Source of the DNA: Candidatus Latescibacterota bacterium
Lineage (GTDB): Bacteria > Latescibacterota > UBA2968
Length of the DNA: 64,000 bases
Assembly (NCBI GenBank): GCA_038279365.1
Contig: JAYODI010000017.1
Coordinates: 1 to 64,000, forward strand
Direction of reading: 5' to 3'
Position numbers and translations under genes: made by a program. This document shows positions 52,494-62,558 of this stretch, in pieces; the first letter of the stretch is position 1; each line of letters begins with the position of its first letter. The notes below the pieces were generated by a model. The model was not told where the DNA came from, ran no database searches, and was given only the letters and a program-made list of their open reading frames with translations.

Positions 52494-55343
52494 ATGCCCT
52501 CAAAAAATCTACCCGGCTTTTACCCCTTCTGGTTTTGGAACGATGAACTCTCCGAAAAAGAAATTCGCTGGCAAATTGCCGAAATGGCCAACAAAGGCAT
52601 TCGCGGTTTTTTCATTCACCCTCGACAAGGTCTCAAACAACCCTATCTATCCGATGCCTTTTTCAAAATGGTTGAAGTGGCCATCAACGCCGCCGAGCAA
52701 CACGGCCTCTTCGTACACCTCTACGACGAATACCCCTACCCCAGTGGCATTGCAGGCGGCGAAGTCACAGAAGGCAACCCACACTTCCAAGGCACCCGCT
52801 TAATACAACGCACCTACGACACACACGGCGGTCCCATTCGCCAAGAATTGCCACGGGGCAATGTGCTCTCTTGTATTGCATACCCAATCAAAAATGACCA
52901 AGTCGATTGGCATCACCCCACCGACTTGCGATCCAGCGTGGGCATGGTCCTCGCCGACGAATCCTACAACGTGGCCGGTCTCACCCAATACAATCAAAAA
53001 CGCTACTTTGCCAGCAACCCCACGCCCACACTCGAAACCCTTTTACCCGAAGGCACACACCGCATCTTTGTCTCCGTGCAAGCCCAAGTCACCACCCACA
53101 AATACTGGGGGTATTACACAGACGTCATGAACCCCGAAGCGGTGCAACACTACATCAACCTCACCCACGAACGTTATTATGCGCGTTTCGGTGACAAATT
53201 TGGCACCACCATTCGCTCCATCTTTGTAGACGAAACATTGCCCAGCTGGTCCACACTGCTTCCCAAAGCATTTCAAGCCACCTATGGCTACGACCTCATC
53301 CCCCTGTTGCACGCACGCCAAGATCCCACACACCCCCAACATCTCCAAGTCACTAGAGACTTCTATCACTTCCAATACGAACATTTTCTCAACACCTACG
53401 ACAAACCCATGCAAGCTTGGTGTGAAAAACACGGTGTTGCCTACTCGGGTGAAAAAGGCAGCATGCGCCTCTCCCAGCTGCAATACATGCACATTCCAGG
53501 GTGCGACCCAGGCCACACCAAAGCCGGAGCCGAAGAACTCGACACCCTCACCGGCGACACCCGCCGAAGTGCCAAAGCCACCGCATCAGCCGCTTACTTT
53601 TACAACAAAGAGGGTGCCCTCGACGAATGTTATCACAGCCTCGGTTGGAGTGGTACCGTGCAAGATGCCAAATTCATTGCAGAGTCTCTCATCCTCATGG
53701 ACATTCGCTACCTCGTCCCCCACGGCTTCTTCTATTCCACACACGCCCTCAAAAAACACGATGCCCCACCCACCTTCTTTTTCCAAATGCCCTATTGGCC
53801 CTTGTGGAAACACCTCTCCGATCACATCGACACCTTATACGAACACTTCGAAGGCACCCACATCCCTGCCGAAACCTTGCTCATCGACCATGCCACCGTC
53901 TTGCCCACACGCGAAGACATCCGCACCGACGATGTCATTCGCAACACCCTCATCCAAAACCAAATCGACTTCCTCATTGTCGACACCGACATTCTCGAAT
54001 CGGGCACCATCCAAAACGGGCGCGTTCACATCAAAGACATTCAGGCCAAACTCGTCATTTGCCCACCGGGTCGAGACATTGAAGCACCCCTCGCCAACTG
54101 GCTTGCCACCTTTGAACAACAAGGCGGACACGTCCTCCACATTCAACGCCAAGACACCGCCGACACCATTTACCAACAGGTCCAAAACATCGTCACACCC
54201 CATCTCAAACTACAAGCCACAACAGGCGACCTCAAAAAGCTCCAACTCGTCACCCGCACAAACAAAGACCAAACTTTATACTTTCTCATCAACACCGGCA
54301 GTGAATCTCTCGGTCTCCAATTTGACCAACCCGTCCAAGAAATCCCACTCAATAACATGCCCGTGTGTTTACACAACAACCAACGCAGCCTCGCCCCATT
54401 CGAATCCACCCTCCTCAAATCAGTCACGCAATCTCAACCCGTTTCACCTCTGCCCCACATCACCATCCCAATTGCAGGCCCAGCCAAAGTCACCACCCCA
54501 AACAAAAACCTCCTGCGCCTCTACAACTGGGACATGTCACTGCTCGACATGCAAGACAACATCATCCAAACCGAAACCGTACCCGCCATTCCCATCACCA
54601 ACCAACTCGCCCACGGCAAATTCCGCATCGCCCCAGACATTCACATGTCCTTTGGCATCATGCCCAGCATCCACCTGCCCGAATTGCGCGTGCGTTATAC
54701 CACCACATTTGAAAACACATACAATGATCGCATCGAACTCGTCATGGAACCCGACTCCCTCGTAGGCGAATGGGCCATTCGCATCAACGACTCAGACCCC
54801 CTCGTTCCTCCCGAATTTGCACCACTCGATGCCCACGTACGCGGCAGCCTTGGCACCAACATCACCCCCTTTGTCAAACAAGGCACCAACACCATCACCA
54901 TCGACCTCATCACCCACCGCCCCGACGGAGGCCTTGTTAACCCCCTCTACCTCGCTGGCGATTTTGGTGTCACCCTCACCCCCACAACCCTCTCTCCACG
55001 CCCCCAAACAGGCAACTTCGAAACCTACGAAAAAAATGGCCTCCCCTTTTACGCAGGCATCGTCGAATACGAAATGCCATTTACCCTCAACACCATCCCC
55101 AATGGCGACACCCTCCTCGCCCACTTCGCATTTGAAGAACCCTTCCTCGAAGCCTGCGAAATCGCCATCAACAACTCAAATGACCACCCCCTCCTCTGGT
55201 CACCCTACACCTGCCCCATCCCAAGCAACACCCTTAACACAGGAGAAAACACCCTCAAAATACGCGTCTACACCTCCCTCATTCGCTCCTTCGAGGGCCA
55301 ACGCTTTGATCACCACACCCATACCTATCACGATATTGAATAA
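52494..55343 (+). CDS. GH106-like glycoside hydrolase (alpha-L-rhamnosidase-like), no signal peptide
   Basis: PFWFWN, GFFIHPRQGL, LYDEYPYPSG, THERY, IFVDE, HGFFYS. Confidence 0.8.
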   Translation: MPSKNLPGFYPFWFWNDELSEKEIRWQIAEMANKGIRGFFIHPRQGLKQPYLSDAFFKMVEVAINAAEQHGLFVHLYDEYPYPSGIAGGEVTEGNPHFQGTRLIQRTYDTHGGPIRQELPRGNVLSCIAYPIKNDQVDWHHPTDLRSSVGMVLADESYNVAGLTQYNQKRYFASNPTPTLETLLPEGTHRIFVSVQAQVTTHKYWGYYTDVMNPEAVQHYINLTHERYYARFGDKFGTTIRSIFVDETLPSWSTLLPKAFQATYGYDLIPLLHARQDPTHPQHLQVTRDFYHFQYEHFLNTYDKPMQAWCEKHGVAYSGEKGSMRLSQLQYMHIPGCDPGHTKAGAEELDTLTGDTRRSAKATASAAYFYNKEGALDECYHSLGWSGTVQDAKFIAESLILMDIRYLVPHGFFYSTHALKKHDAPPTFFFQMPYWPLWKHLSDHIDTLYEHFEGTHIPAETLLIDHATVLPTREDIRTDDVIRNTLIQNQIDFLIVDTDILESGTIQNGRVHIKDIQAKLVICPPGRDIEAPLANWLATFEQQGGHVLHIQRQDTADTIYQQVQNIVTPHLKLQATTGDLKKLQLVTRTNKDQTLYFLINTGSESLGLQFDQPVQEIPLNNMPVCLHNNQRSLAPFESTLLKSVTQSQPVSPLPHITIPIAGPAKVTTPNKNLLRLYNWDMSLLDMQDNIIQTETVPAIPITNQLAHGKFRIAPDIHMSFGIMPSIHLPELRVRYTTTFENTYNDRIELVMEPDSLVGEWAIRINDSDPLVPPEFAPLDAHVRGSLGTNITPFVKQGTNTITIDLITHRPDGGLVNPLYLAGDFGVTLTPTTLSPRPQTGNFETYEKNGLPFYAGIVEYEMPFTLNTIPNGDTLLAHFAFEEPFLEACEIAINNSNDHPLLWSPYTCPIPSNTLNTGENTLKIRVYTSLIRSFEGQRFDHHTHTYHDIE

Positions 55344-55354
55344 AAACGACCGAA

Positions 55355-55513
55355 TCCCCTTCTAAAAGAGATTGAAAAATGACTTCGGTAATCGCCCACC
55401 CTTCGCGCAGGAATAAATTCCCACGCTAAGATGGAAAAGTCCTTCGGACTCAAGGTCAAAAACGAATCAAATCTATTACCGAATTATTTCAACAAAATCC
55501 ATACGGAAGGGGA
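55355..55513. repeat. Nested inverted-repeat element
   Basis: tccccttc/gaagggga outer arms; ttcggtaat/attaccgaa inner arms; internal AGTCC-TTC-GGACT hairpin. Confidence 0.55.
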
Positions 55514-55530
55514 ATCAAAAACGTCAATTC

Positions 55531-55747
55531 CACCCACAGGTGGGGTGGGCCGTTGTGTGGTTGGTGTGGCGGTGTTGGGTGTGTGTGGAAGGGGCATATG
55601 GAATATGCGGAAGGGCGGGAACCACACGGGCAGGTGAGGGTGGTCTCTGCCTGTAAAAACACCAAAGTACATTTAAGGCCTCACGCAGTGACGGCTTTCT
55701 TTGGATACTTTCTTTAGCTGTTGAAAGAAAGTATCTCGCCGAAGGCA
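55531..55747 (+). repeat. ~216-bp structured dispersed element, copy 2
   Basis: Colinear with 44751..44966, with compensatory stem changes. Confidence 0.85.
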
Positions 55748-55797
55748 CAAAAATCAAATCCCTTTCATCCACTCAATTTCCCAAAGAGACCCAAACC

Positions 55798-57033
55798 ATG
55801 AACCCAGCCATTCAACAAGCCCGAGACGTCGCCCTCGACAAACTCAAACCCTCCCAACGCGACCTCGACCACGGCCTCGAACTCCACAAAAACGCCCTCG
55901 TCATCGAATCCTACGGCCTCGGTCTCGGTGCCCCCGTAGACCCCGACATTGTCAACCAAGCCATCGAAGCCGGTGCCTCCGACCGCGAGCTACAAGACCT
56001 CACCGAAGACATGCGCATGACCCGCTGGGCAACCGTGCCCAAGCTCACTCAAGAATACCAAGACGCCTGGCACGCCTCGGGCGTAACCTGCACCTTTAAA
56101 AATGCCGGAGAAGAAAGCAACGACCCCCTACGCCTCATCAAACGCCTTGCCCGACACACCTACAACACCGACGCCATCACCTTTATGCACCGTGTGCCCA
56201 CCCCCAAAGACATTGAAGTGGCCCACCAACAAAACAAACACTGCACCTACCTCACCTGCAACGGCATTCCCCTTTCAGGCGACCAAACCAACCCCGATGA
56301 AGAACTGCGCTACATCCGCATCTTTGCCCAACTCGGTGCGCGCATGATGCACCTCACCTACAACCGCCGCAACCCCATTGGCGACGGCTGTGGCGAACCC
56401 GCCAATGCCGGCCTCAGCGATTTTGGCCATGCCACCATTCAAGAAATGAACCACCTCGGCATCATCATCGACCTGGCCCACACCGGTTGGCAAACCTGCC
56501 TCGAAACCGCCCAAGCTTCCAAACAACCCGTTGTGGTGAGCCACTCCACAGCCTGCGCACTCAACACACACATCCGCAGCAAACCCGACAACGTCATCCG
56601 CGCCGTGCTCGACACAGGCGGCACCATGGGCATCACCAACGTGCCCGCCTTTTTGGGTGGCAACGGAGACATCATCGCCTTTCTCGACCACATCGACTAC
56701 GTGGCCAAAACATTTGGCACAGACCACGTTACCATTGGCACAGACCGCCCCTACAACTCCCAATACATTCCCGAAACCAACCGCGCCCTCAAATCGCGTG
56801 GCCCACAAAGAAACCGCTGGGAAGCCCTTTGGCCCAAAGATGACCCCGTCAAATCACCCGACTGGAAACAACCCCACCAAGAACAAAGCCTCGCCTGGAC
56901 CAACTGGCCCCTCTTTACCGTTGGCCTCGTGCAACGCGGTTACACCGACGAAGACATTCTCAAAATCATTGGCGGCAACATCCTCCGCGTTGCCAAAACC
57001 GTCTGGTCAGGTTCCGCCTACGCCATATCTTAA
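55798..57033 (+). CDS. Membrane dipeptidase (M19) family protein, divergent metal site
   Basis: MHLTYNRRN, GLSDFG, IDLAH, VVSHS, HIDYV, IGTD, IIGGNILRV. Confidence 0.85.
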   Translation: MNPAIQQARDVALDKLKPSQRDLDHGLELHKNALVIESYGLGLGAPVDPDIVNQAIEAGASDRELQDLTEDMRMTRWATVPKLTQEYQDAWHASGVTCTFKNAGEESNDPLRLIKRLARHTYNTDAITFMHRVPTPKDIEVAHQQNKHCTYLTCNGIPLSGDQTNPDEELRYIRIFAQLGARMMHLTYNRRNPIGDGCGEPANAGLSDFGHATIQEMNHLGIIIDLAHTGWQTCLETAQASKQPVVVSHSTACALNTHIRSKPDNVIRAVLDTGGTMGITNVPAFLGGNGDIIAFLDHIDYVAKTFGTDHVTIGTDRPYNSQYIPETNRALKSRGPQRNRWEALWPKDDPVKSPDWKQPHQEQSLAWTNWPLFTVGLVQRGYTDEDILKIIGGNILRVAKTVWSGSAYAIS

Positions 57034-57052
57034 AAAACGTATCTCCACCAAT

Positions 57053-57096
57053 AAAAAAAATCCGCACACTGATAACATTCAGCGTGCGGATTTTTA
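57053..57096. terminator. Probable bidirectional terminator
   Basis: aaaaatccgcacactga..tcagcgtgcggattttt. Confidence 0.75.
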
Positions 57097-57116
57097 TATT
57101 TCAAATGGTGGACAAA

Positions 57117-57188
57117 CAATCAGCTATCAGCAATCAGCTATCAGCGGTCAGTCAAAAGCTGAATGCTGACCGCTGATAGCTGATTGCT
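57117..57188. repeat. Heptamer (CAGCWAT) palindromic repeat, family C
   Basis: Perfect 23-bp arms 57129..57151 and 57166..57188 built from 7-mers. Confidence 0.85.
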
Positions 57189-57199
57189 TAAAACCCTAT

Positions 57200-57973
57200 C
57201 TACCCCGCAAAAGGAAACGTCCCTGCATACCCCAACTGCTCCAACGTAAATTGCGGATTGCTCACAAACTTAATCCCCGGAAACATCGGGTTTTGCTGAT
57301 AGTGCAACACAATATTGGCACGGTGTTGCCCCGGTGCATCTGGCCCCGTCTTTGCGCCCTGGTGTGGCACATGGCTATAAAACAAAACCATATCTCCAGC
57401 ATTGGGGTACAAGTCTACATGAGGTTGCTTGTCACACCACACCTGAAACGGATTGGTGCGATCATCAGTATACCCCCAGTGTTGGCGCATTTCATCGGGA
57501 ATGGGTTTTTTAAAAAACTCTTTAATAAACGTCAACCGACCTGTTTCAGGTGTGTTGTCCGTCAAATAAAGCGTCGTATTCATGCACAAAGCAATCGCAG
57601 GTTTTTGGGCTTCGGCCTTTTCTTCTTGATACCAATAATCGTAAAAATCCATATGCCATTCTTGCAAATATTCACGTGGGTTCACATGGGCCCGCAAACT
57701 GCGCAACTGACACTGCTTGCCCATAATCGCCTTCAAATAAGGCGCCACACTTTCATGCCCAATCAAAGCCTTAGACATCTCTGGTTGCAACTGAAGCAAT
57801 TTTTCAAAAGCCACATTGCCCACACTGTTGTTGATCTCATACGCTCCACGATCATACAAATCGTATAAGATCGTCTTCCACTTTTCAACCGTTTCCTTGT
57901 CCAACGCATTTTTGATCAACAAAAAACCATTGTCTTCCAAGTCCTTCAAATTTTTTTCAAAAACATCAGCCAT
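57200..57973 (-). CDS. PhyH-family dioxygenase (HxD)
   Basis: LEDNGFL, WHMD, AGDMVLF...PHQG; GGAG RBS. Confidence 0.82.
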   Translation of the reverse strand: MADVFEKNLKDLEDNGFLLIKNALDKETVEKWKTILYDLYDRGAYEINNSVGNVAFEKLLQLQPEMSKALIGHESVAPYLKAIMGKQCQLRSLRAHVNPREYLQEWHMDFYDYWYQEEKAEAQKPAIALCMNTTLYLTDNTPETGRLTFIKEFFKKPIPDEMRQHWGYTDDRTNPFQVWCDKQPHVDLYPNAGDMVLFYSHVPHQGAKTGPDAPGQHRANIVLHYQQNPMFPGIKFVSNPQFTLEQLGYAGTFPFAG

Positions 57974-58022
57974 TGTATCTCTTCTCCAAAAAATAAATGA
58001 TCATGAACTTTTTATTATCACC

Positions 58023-61000
58023 TTACACCATGACCTTTTCGGCCAAAATGCGTTCACCCTTTTCGCGATACCGCTTCTTATCGGCTGGTTCAACCGTGCG
58101 CCAAATCAAAAACTGTTTGCGCAACGCATTAATAAAGCTTTGGTTCACCCGCTGCCACGATGCCGAATCACCACTTAAACGATCAATTGTAAGTGTGAGT
58201 GTAAAAATGTCGTATTCTTCCATAGGCCGCGCTTCAAAATGCACCTGTTGACTCACACCCAAATCAAAAGGCGCCAACCACGCCGTGGTATCAATGGTAT
58301 ACGCTTTTCCAGTCTCCGTTTCAATGGCGTCAAAAGTCGCCCCCTCGGTGAAAAAGTTGCCCATATCTTCCGACTCGTGCGCCACAAAAAAATCGACCAA
58401 ATACACAGACAACCCAAACACATCGCGCCCACCCACCGTAAATGGAAATTCAAACACCCAGCGATCACCTTGTGTGGGTGGCAACTTCCACCGGCGCGTC
58501 ACATCGGGCACCGCCATATGAGACGCTTGGCGAGCCGGATATAGCGATGACAGCAACACCACCAACATCACCAGCGCCGAAGAAATCACTGTAGACATAG
58601 CCGAATAATTCAACACAAACCCATCCAACCACCCACCCCAAAGCAACACTTTGGCCACACCTTGCCCCATTAAATAACCCGACACCGTACCCAACACCGC
58701 ATACACACACGCCTCAGCAATAAACAAAAATGAAATGTGCACAGGTGCCAAACCCACGGCCGAATACACGCCAATTTCACGAAAACGTTCATACACCGAA
58801 CCCATCATGGTATTCAGCACAATAAGTGCCGCCACCAAAATGGGAATAAACAAATTGGCCAACCCGCGCAAAGACGTATTGCCCAATGAACTATAAACCG
58901 ACACATTAACTTTTCCCGTTGCATCGGGAATACCCGCAAACAACACCACCGACAACCGCGACAAATAGTCTTTCACACGCGCTTCTACATTCACCCCCTC
59001 ATCAAACCGCACCGCCACAGATTGCAACGGACTGCCAATGCCACGCAAGAAGTCATAAGGCACCAAAATCACCACATCGGGGTGCAAATGATCAAACGGT
59101 GCAATTTCCACTTCGGGCATCTCCAAACCTTGTCGCTCGCGTTGTTCCGTTTGTGTCATGTCTTCCACCACATCAGAACCCGTGGCCTGAAAGTCGGCAG
59201 GAGTAAGTGGTTCTTCATCCAAGTCGTAAAACTTTTGCATCTTTGTTGCATTCATCAACCCAATAACCCGCAAGTTTTTGCCAAATAATCGCACATAGGC
59301 CTGGCCCACGTTGCTTTTGGTCACACCCAATTTGTTCGCCATTTTTTGGGGTAAAATGCACGCCTGCTCACCAGGCAAAAACCAACGCCCTGCCACCAAC
59401 AGCGTATCCAAATGGGTCACCATTTTTTCTTCAGGCGTCACACCCAACACACCCAATGCTTTGGTACGCGAGGTATCTGCCGTTACTGGAATGGCTTTTT
59501 TATTGCGCGTCATATACCAGCTTCGCGGTGCCACCGTACCCACATCTTCAAAATTGACCCGCGCATAATCATAAGCCGTTTCTTCCAGTGCCCCCCAAAA
59601 CTTGCTGCGAATCAACATGCCCGGATACGCCCCATCGGTATCACGAGGCAAACGATGATATTCCAATGCCGATTGAATCGACGTAAAAGACAACACCGTA
59701 AAGGTCAGCAAAACCAATGTCACAAACGTCAAACAGGTTCGCAATTTTCGACGCTTCATATTGGCAATGCCCAAATGAAATGCCGCCAAAGAGGCACTGA
59801 TGCGCCCCACATCCGTTTCGTGCAACATCACTTCGGCACTGCGCAACCGCCGAATATTTTCATTAAAACGCGCAGACACAATCGAAATCACAAAAATGGC
59901 CAATGCAAAAATCACAAACGCCAACAAAATCACCATTGGGCTCGACAACTCAAATGCCGGATGCACCTGCGACAAAAACATCCAAATCACCACAAACACA
60001 CCCGAAAAACCTAAAATCTGGTACCGAATATCGGCAAAGGTAAACAACAAGCGTTCCACAAAATAAGCACATGGAATGACCAACAACATGAAGAAAATCA
60101 CACCCTGGATCACATCATTTTGTGTGGCTTTCACATCGGGATACGCACGCGATTCAATGCCCATACCCGCACGGGTATATTTCACAAAATCGCCCCACCG
60201 TTTGTCTTGCATAGCGGCTTCTGCCCGATCCAAATAAGACTTGGATTGTGCATGCAAATTGTTAAGCCGCATATTCTCCACCGAATAAGCCGCCAACTCA
60301 TTCATCCGTGCTTCATTGAGCAACCACATATCTTTGGCCGCCTGATACGACGTGCGCAAAAACGACCCATGTGTGAGCGTTTGAAAGCCTTTTCCACGCG
60401 CCATCTCTTCGGTGTCCGACCCAGATGAATTGAGCAACAAATACCGCACCCCTATCGAACCTGAACGCATCGCAATTTTCACGCGTTCACCCGGTGTGGT
60501 AAACACCACACCCACCGGTTCATCGGCACCAAAACCAATGGCATAGCCATATTCTTGCGGTGCCGTATTGCCCGGCCCATAAATGCTGATGCTCGACAAT
60601 TTGGTCAAATACCGTGGATCAACGGTTTCATAAAAATCGGTGGCGATACACGGAAACAAAATGCGCGTGGTTTTTGTAATCCACCAATCCATATCAAATT
60701 CACTGCGATAAATGCGCGCCTGACGCCCCCGATTGGGCGCATACGTAATCTCACCTGAGGTGGGGTCAATATAATAAGACTGAACATCCACACGCCGCTC
60801 GGCAATGCCCGGCATATAAAACTCACCCTGTTCATCGGCCAAGTCAAAATAGATGCGTCGCACCCCTTTAACCGACTTGTCATTGCCCATACGCAGTGAA
60901 GAAATCGCACCCGCACGTGGCCTGTCGGGTGTGATGCTTCGCCTTGGAAAGGTGCGCACAAAACCTTTTAAACCCCGCATGTCATCCTTGGGATCAATGG

Positions 61001-62513
61001 GATAGGGCGGAATAAAGTTTTCCTGATTCATACCCAAATCCAACACACCTGCAAGCGTGCGAATTTGCCCCGTCAAATTTTTCACGTTCACATAGGCCGG
61101 CACATCCAAAGGGGTATCTACCCGAAAGCGTGCATCATTCACCGTAATCATCGACAGCGATGGCAACCCAGCCGTCATGGTGACCTGCCCATCGGTGCGA
61201 ATCATTTGCCCTGGCACATACATCTCCCAACTCATGCCCCCTTTTGGATTAATACCATCAACCAAAGCATCTTCTGGCGCCAAACCAAAACGCTCGGCAA
61301 TCGCCTGCGAATACGTCACAAATGTTTTTCCAAAAGGCGTAAAAAATCGCTTAAAATAAACGCTGTTGACATTGTTGTGCCACACACCAATCTCATCGGT
61401 TTGGCTCGTCAAATCCAGGCCAATAAACAGCTTTAAGTCCAATGGCTCAGTCATCAACTTGGCAAAGTGTTCTTCTTTGCGCGCATGCCGAGCCAAAAAA
61501 TCACAAATGCCCCGAAAGCCCAAATGATGCCCCGAGCTGGCCAAAAACAACACCGTGTGTTTGGGGGGGTATTGCGCAAAATACTCGGCCAACTTCAACA
61601 GCCCCACAATAGAACTTGCCATTTCGGCACCCGGTGCCAGTGCCGGTACCACCGACATGGCATCGTAATAGGCACTGATCACAATCGTTTTCTCTTTCAG
61701 CACAGGATCTGTACCCGGTATCCACCCCAACACATTGGGCACGTCGTGTTTTTCCCAAAGCATTTCGGCCTCAAGAGATACCGTTAATGAACCCTTTGCT
61801 TCAAGTTCGGCCTGAAGTTTGCGCCCCGACGCCTTATCAATCCAAAACCGCTCCACACTGTTGGGTACCTGCAAAAACTTTTGCTCGGCTTCTGCTGTTA
61901 ACGTCGAATCGGGCTCTATAAAAATAACCTGCTTGGCCCCCAACATCCCCGCATTGATCCAATTGTTCCACGAATTAAATTCCATCAACACAATGGCCCC
62001 TTCCATCTCATGCCCATCAAAAGAGGCAAATGTGCCATCGCCACCATAAATCAATTGGCCTTGTGTTTGAGGAACGGTAGATGTCTTGACCAAGTTGGGC
62101 CACACACTGTGAAGAGCAAACGTTTCACCCGTGTCCAGGCGCTGAAGCACCCCACCTTTATCAATGGGTGCCGTTACACCAAACAACTCGGTTTCCACAT
62201 TGGTTAACCCCAACCGCTCAAATTCTGACACAATAAATTGTGCGGCTTGCGTGTGCCCATCATACCCTGGCACACGTGAACCAAAATTGGCAAACCGATT
62301 GATCAACGCTTCTACATCGGCTTCTATCACATGGTTTAACACACGGTCAGCAACACGGTCGGCTCGTGGCACAGGAATAGGGGCTACAGCCGGAGGCGTC
62401 TCCACCCCAAACAGCGTGTTCAAAATGGGGTTCATCCGATCAGGCCCCAGTGCCATGACCACAAAAGCCAAAGCCACAACGGCTACAAGCGTATAGGATG
62501 TTATTTTTTTCAT
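58023..62513 (-). CDS. Large membrane protein: PA/M28-peptidase-like domain fused to FtsX/MacB-like permease
   Basis: SRVPGYDG, NVLGWIPG..P.LKEKTIVISAYYD; NMKRRKLRT.LT; NTMMGSVYERFREIGVYSAVGLAP, YPARQAS. Confidence 0.85.
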   Translation of the reverse strand: MKKITSYTLVAVVALAFVVMALGPDRMNPILNTLFGVETPPAVAPIPVPRADRVADRVLNHVIEADVEALINRFANFGSRVPGYDGHTQAAQFIVSEFERLGLTNVETELFGVTAPIDKGGVLQRLDTGETFALHSVWPNLVKTSTVPQTQGQLIYGGDGTFASFDGHEMEGAIVLMEFNSWNNWINAGMLGAKQVIFIEPDSTLTAEAEQKFLQVPNSVERFWIDKASGRKLQAELEAKGSLTVSLEAEMLWEKHDVPNVLGWIPGTDPVLKEKTIVISAYYDAMSVVPALAPGAEMASSIVGLLKLAEYFAQYPPKHTVLFLASSGHHLGFRGICDFLARHARKEEHFAKLMTEPLDLKLFIGLDLTSQTDEIGVWHNNVNSVYFKRFFTPFGKTFVTYSQAIAERFGLAPEDALVDGINPKGGMSWEMYVPGQMIRTDGQVTMTAGLPSLSMITVNDARFRVDTPLDVPAYVNVKNLTGQIRTLAGVLDLGMNQENFIPPYPIDPKDDMRGLKGFVRTFPRRSITPDRPRAGAISSLRMGNDKSVKGVRRIYFDLADEQGEFYMPGIAERRVDVQSYYIDPTSGEITYAPNRGRQARIYRSEFDMDWWITKTTRILFPCIATDFYETVDPRYLTKLSSISIYGPGNTAPQEYGYAIGFGADEPVGVVFTTPGERVKIAMRSGSIGVRYLLLNSSGSDTEEMARGKGFQTLTHGSFLRTSYQAAKDMWLLNEARMNELAAYSVENMRLNNLHAQSKSYLDRAEAAMQDKRWGDFVKYTRAGMGIESRAYPDVKATQNDVIQGVIFFMLLVIPCAYFVERLLFTFADIRYQILGFSGVFVVIWMFLSQVHPAFELSSPMVILLAFVIFALAIFVISIVSARFNENIRRLRSAEVMLHETDVGRISASLAAFHLGIANMKRRKLRTCLTFVTLVLLTFTVLSFTSIQSALEYHRLPRDTDGAYPGMLIRSKFWGALEETAYDYARVNFEDVGTVAPRSWYMTRNKKAIPVTADTSRTKALGVLGVTPEEKMVTHLDTLLVAGRWFLPGEQACILPQKMANKLGVTKSNVGQAYVRLFGKNLRVIGLMNATKMQKFYDLDEEPLTPADFQATGSDVVEDMTQTEQRERQGLEMPEVEIAPFDHLHPDVVILVPYDFLRGIGSPLQSVAVRFDEGVNVEARVKDYLSRLSVVLFAGIPDATGKVNVSVYSSLGNTSLRGLANLFIPILVAALIVLNTMMGSVYERFREIGVYSAVGLAPVHISFLFIAEACVYAVLGTVSGYLMGQGVAKVLLWGGWLDGFVLNYSAMSTVISSALVMLVVLLSSLYPARQASHMAVPDVTRRWKLPPTQGDRWVFEFPFTVGGRDVFGLSVYLVDFFVAHESEDMGNFFTEGATFDAIETETGKAYTIDTTAWLAPFDLGVSQQVHFEARPMEEYDIFTLTLTIDRLSGDSASWQRVNQSFINALRKQFLIWRTVEPADKKRYREKGERILAEKVMV

Positions 62514-62558
62514 CGTTTTTAGATCACAAAGGCAATGTAACAACCGCAACTTTTGTGA

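Noticed and set aside
53284-54765. 493-aa alternate-frame ORF inside GH106
   Set aside because: Low-complexity T/P/S/K sequence expected from C/A-rich third positions; no motifs.
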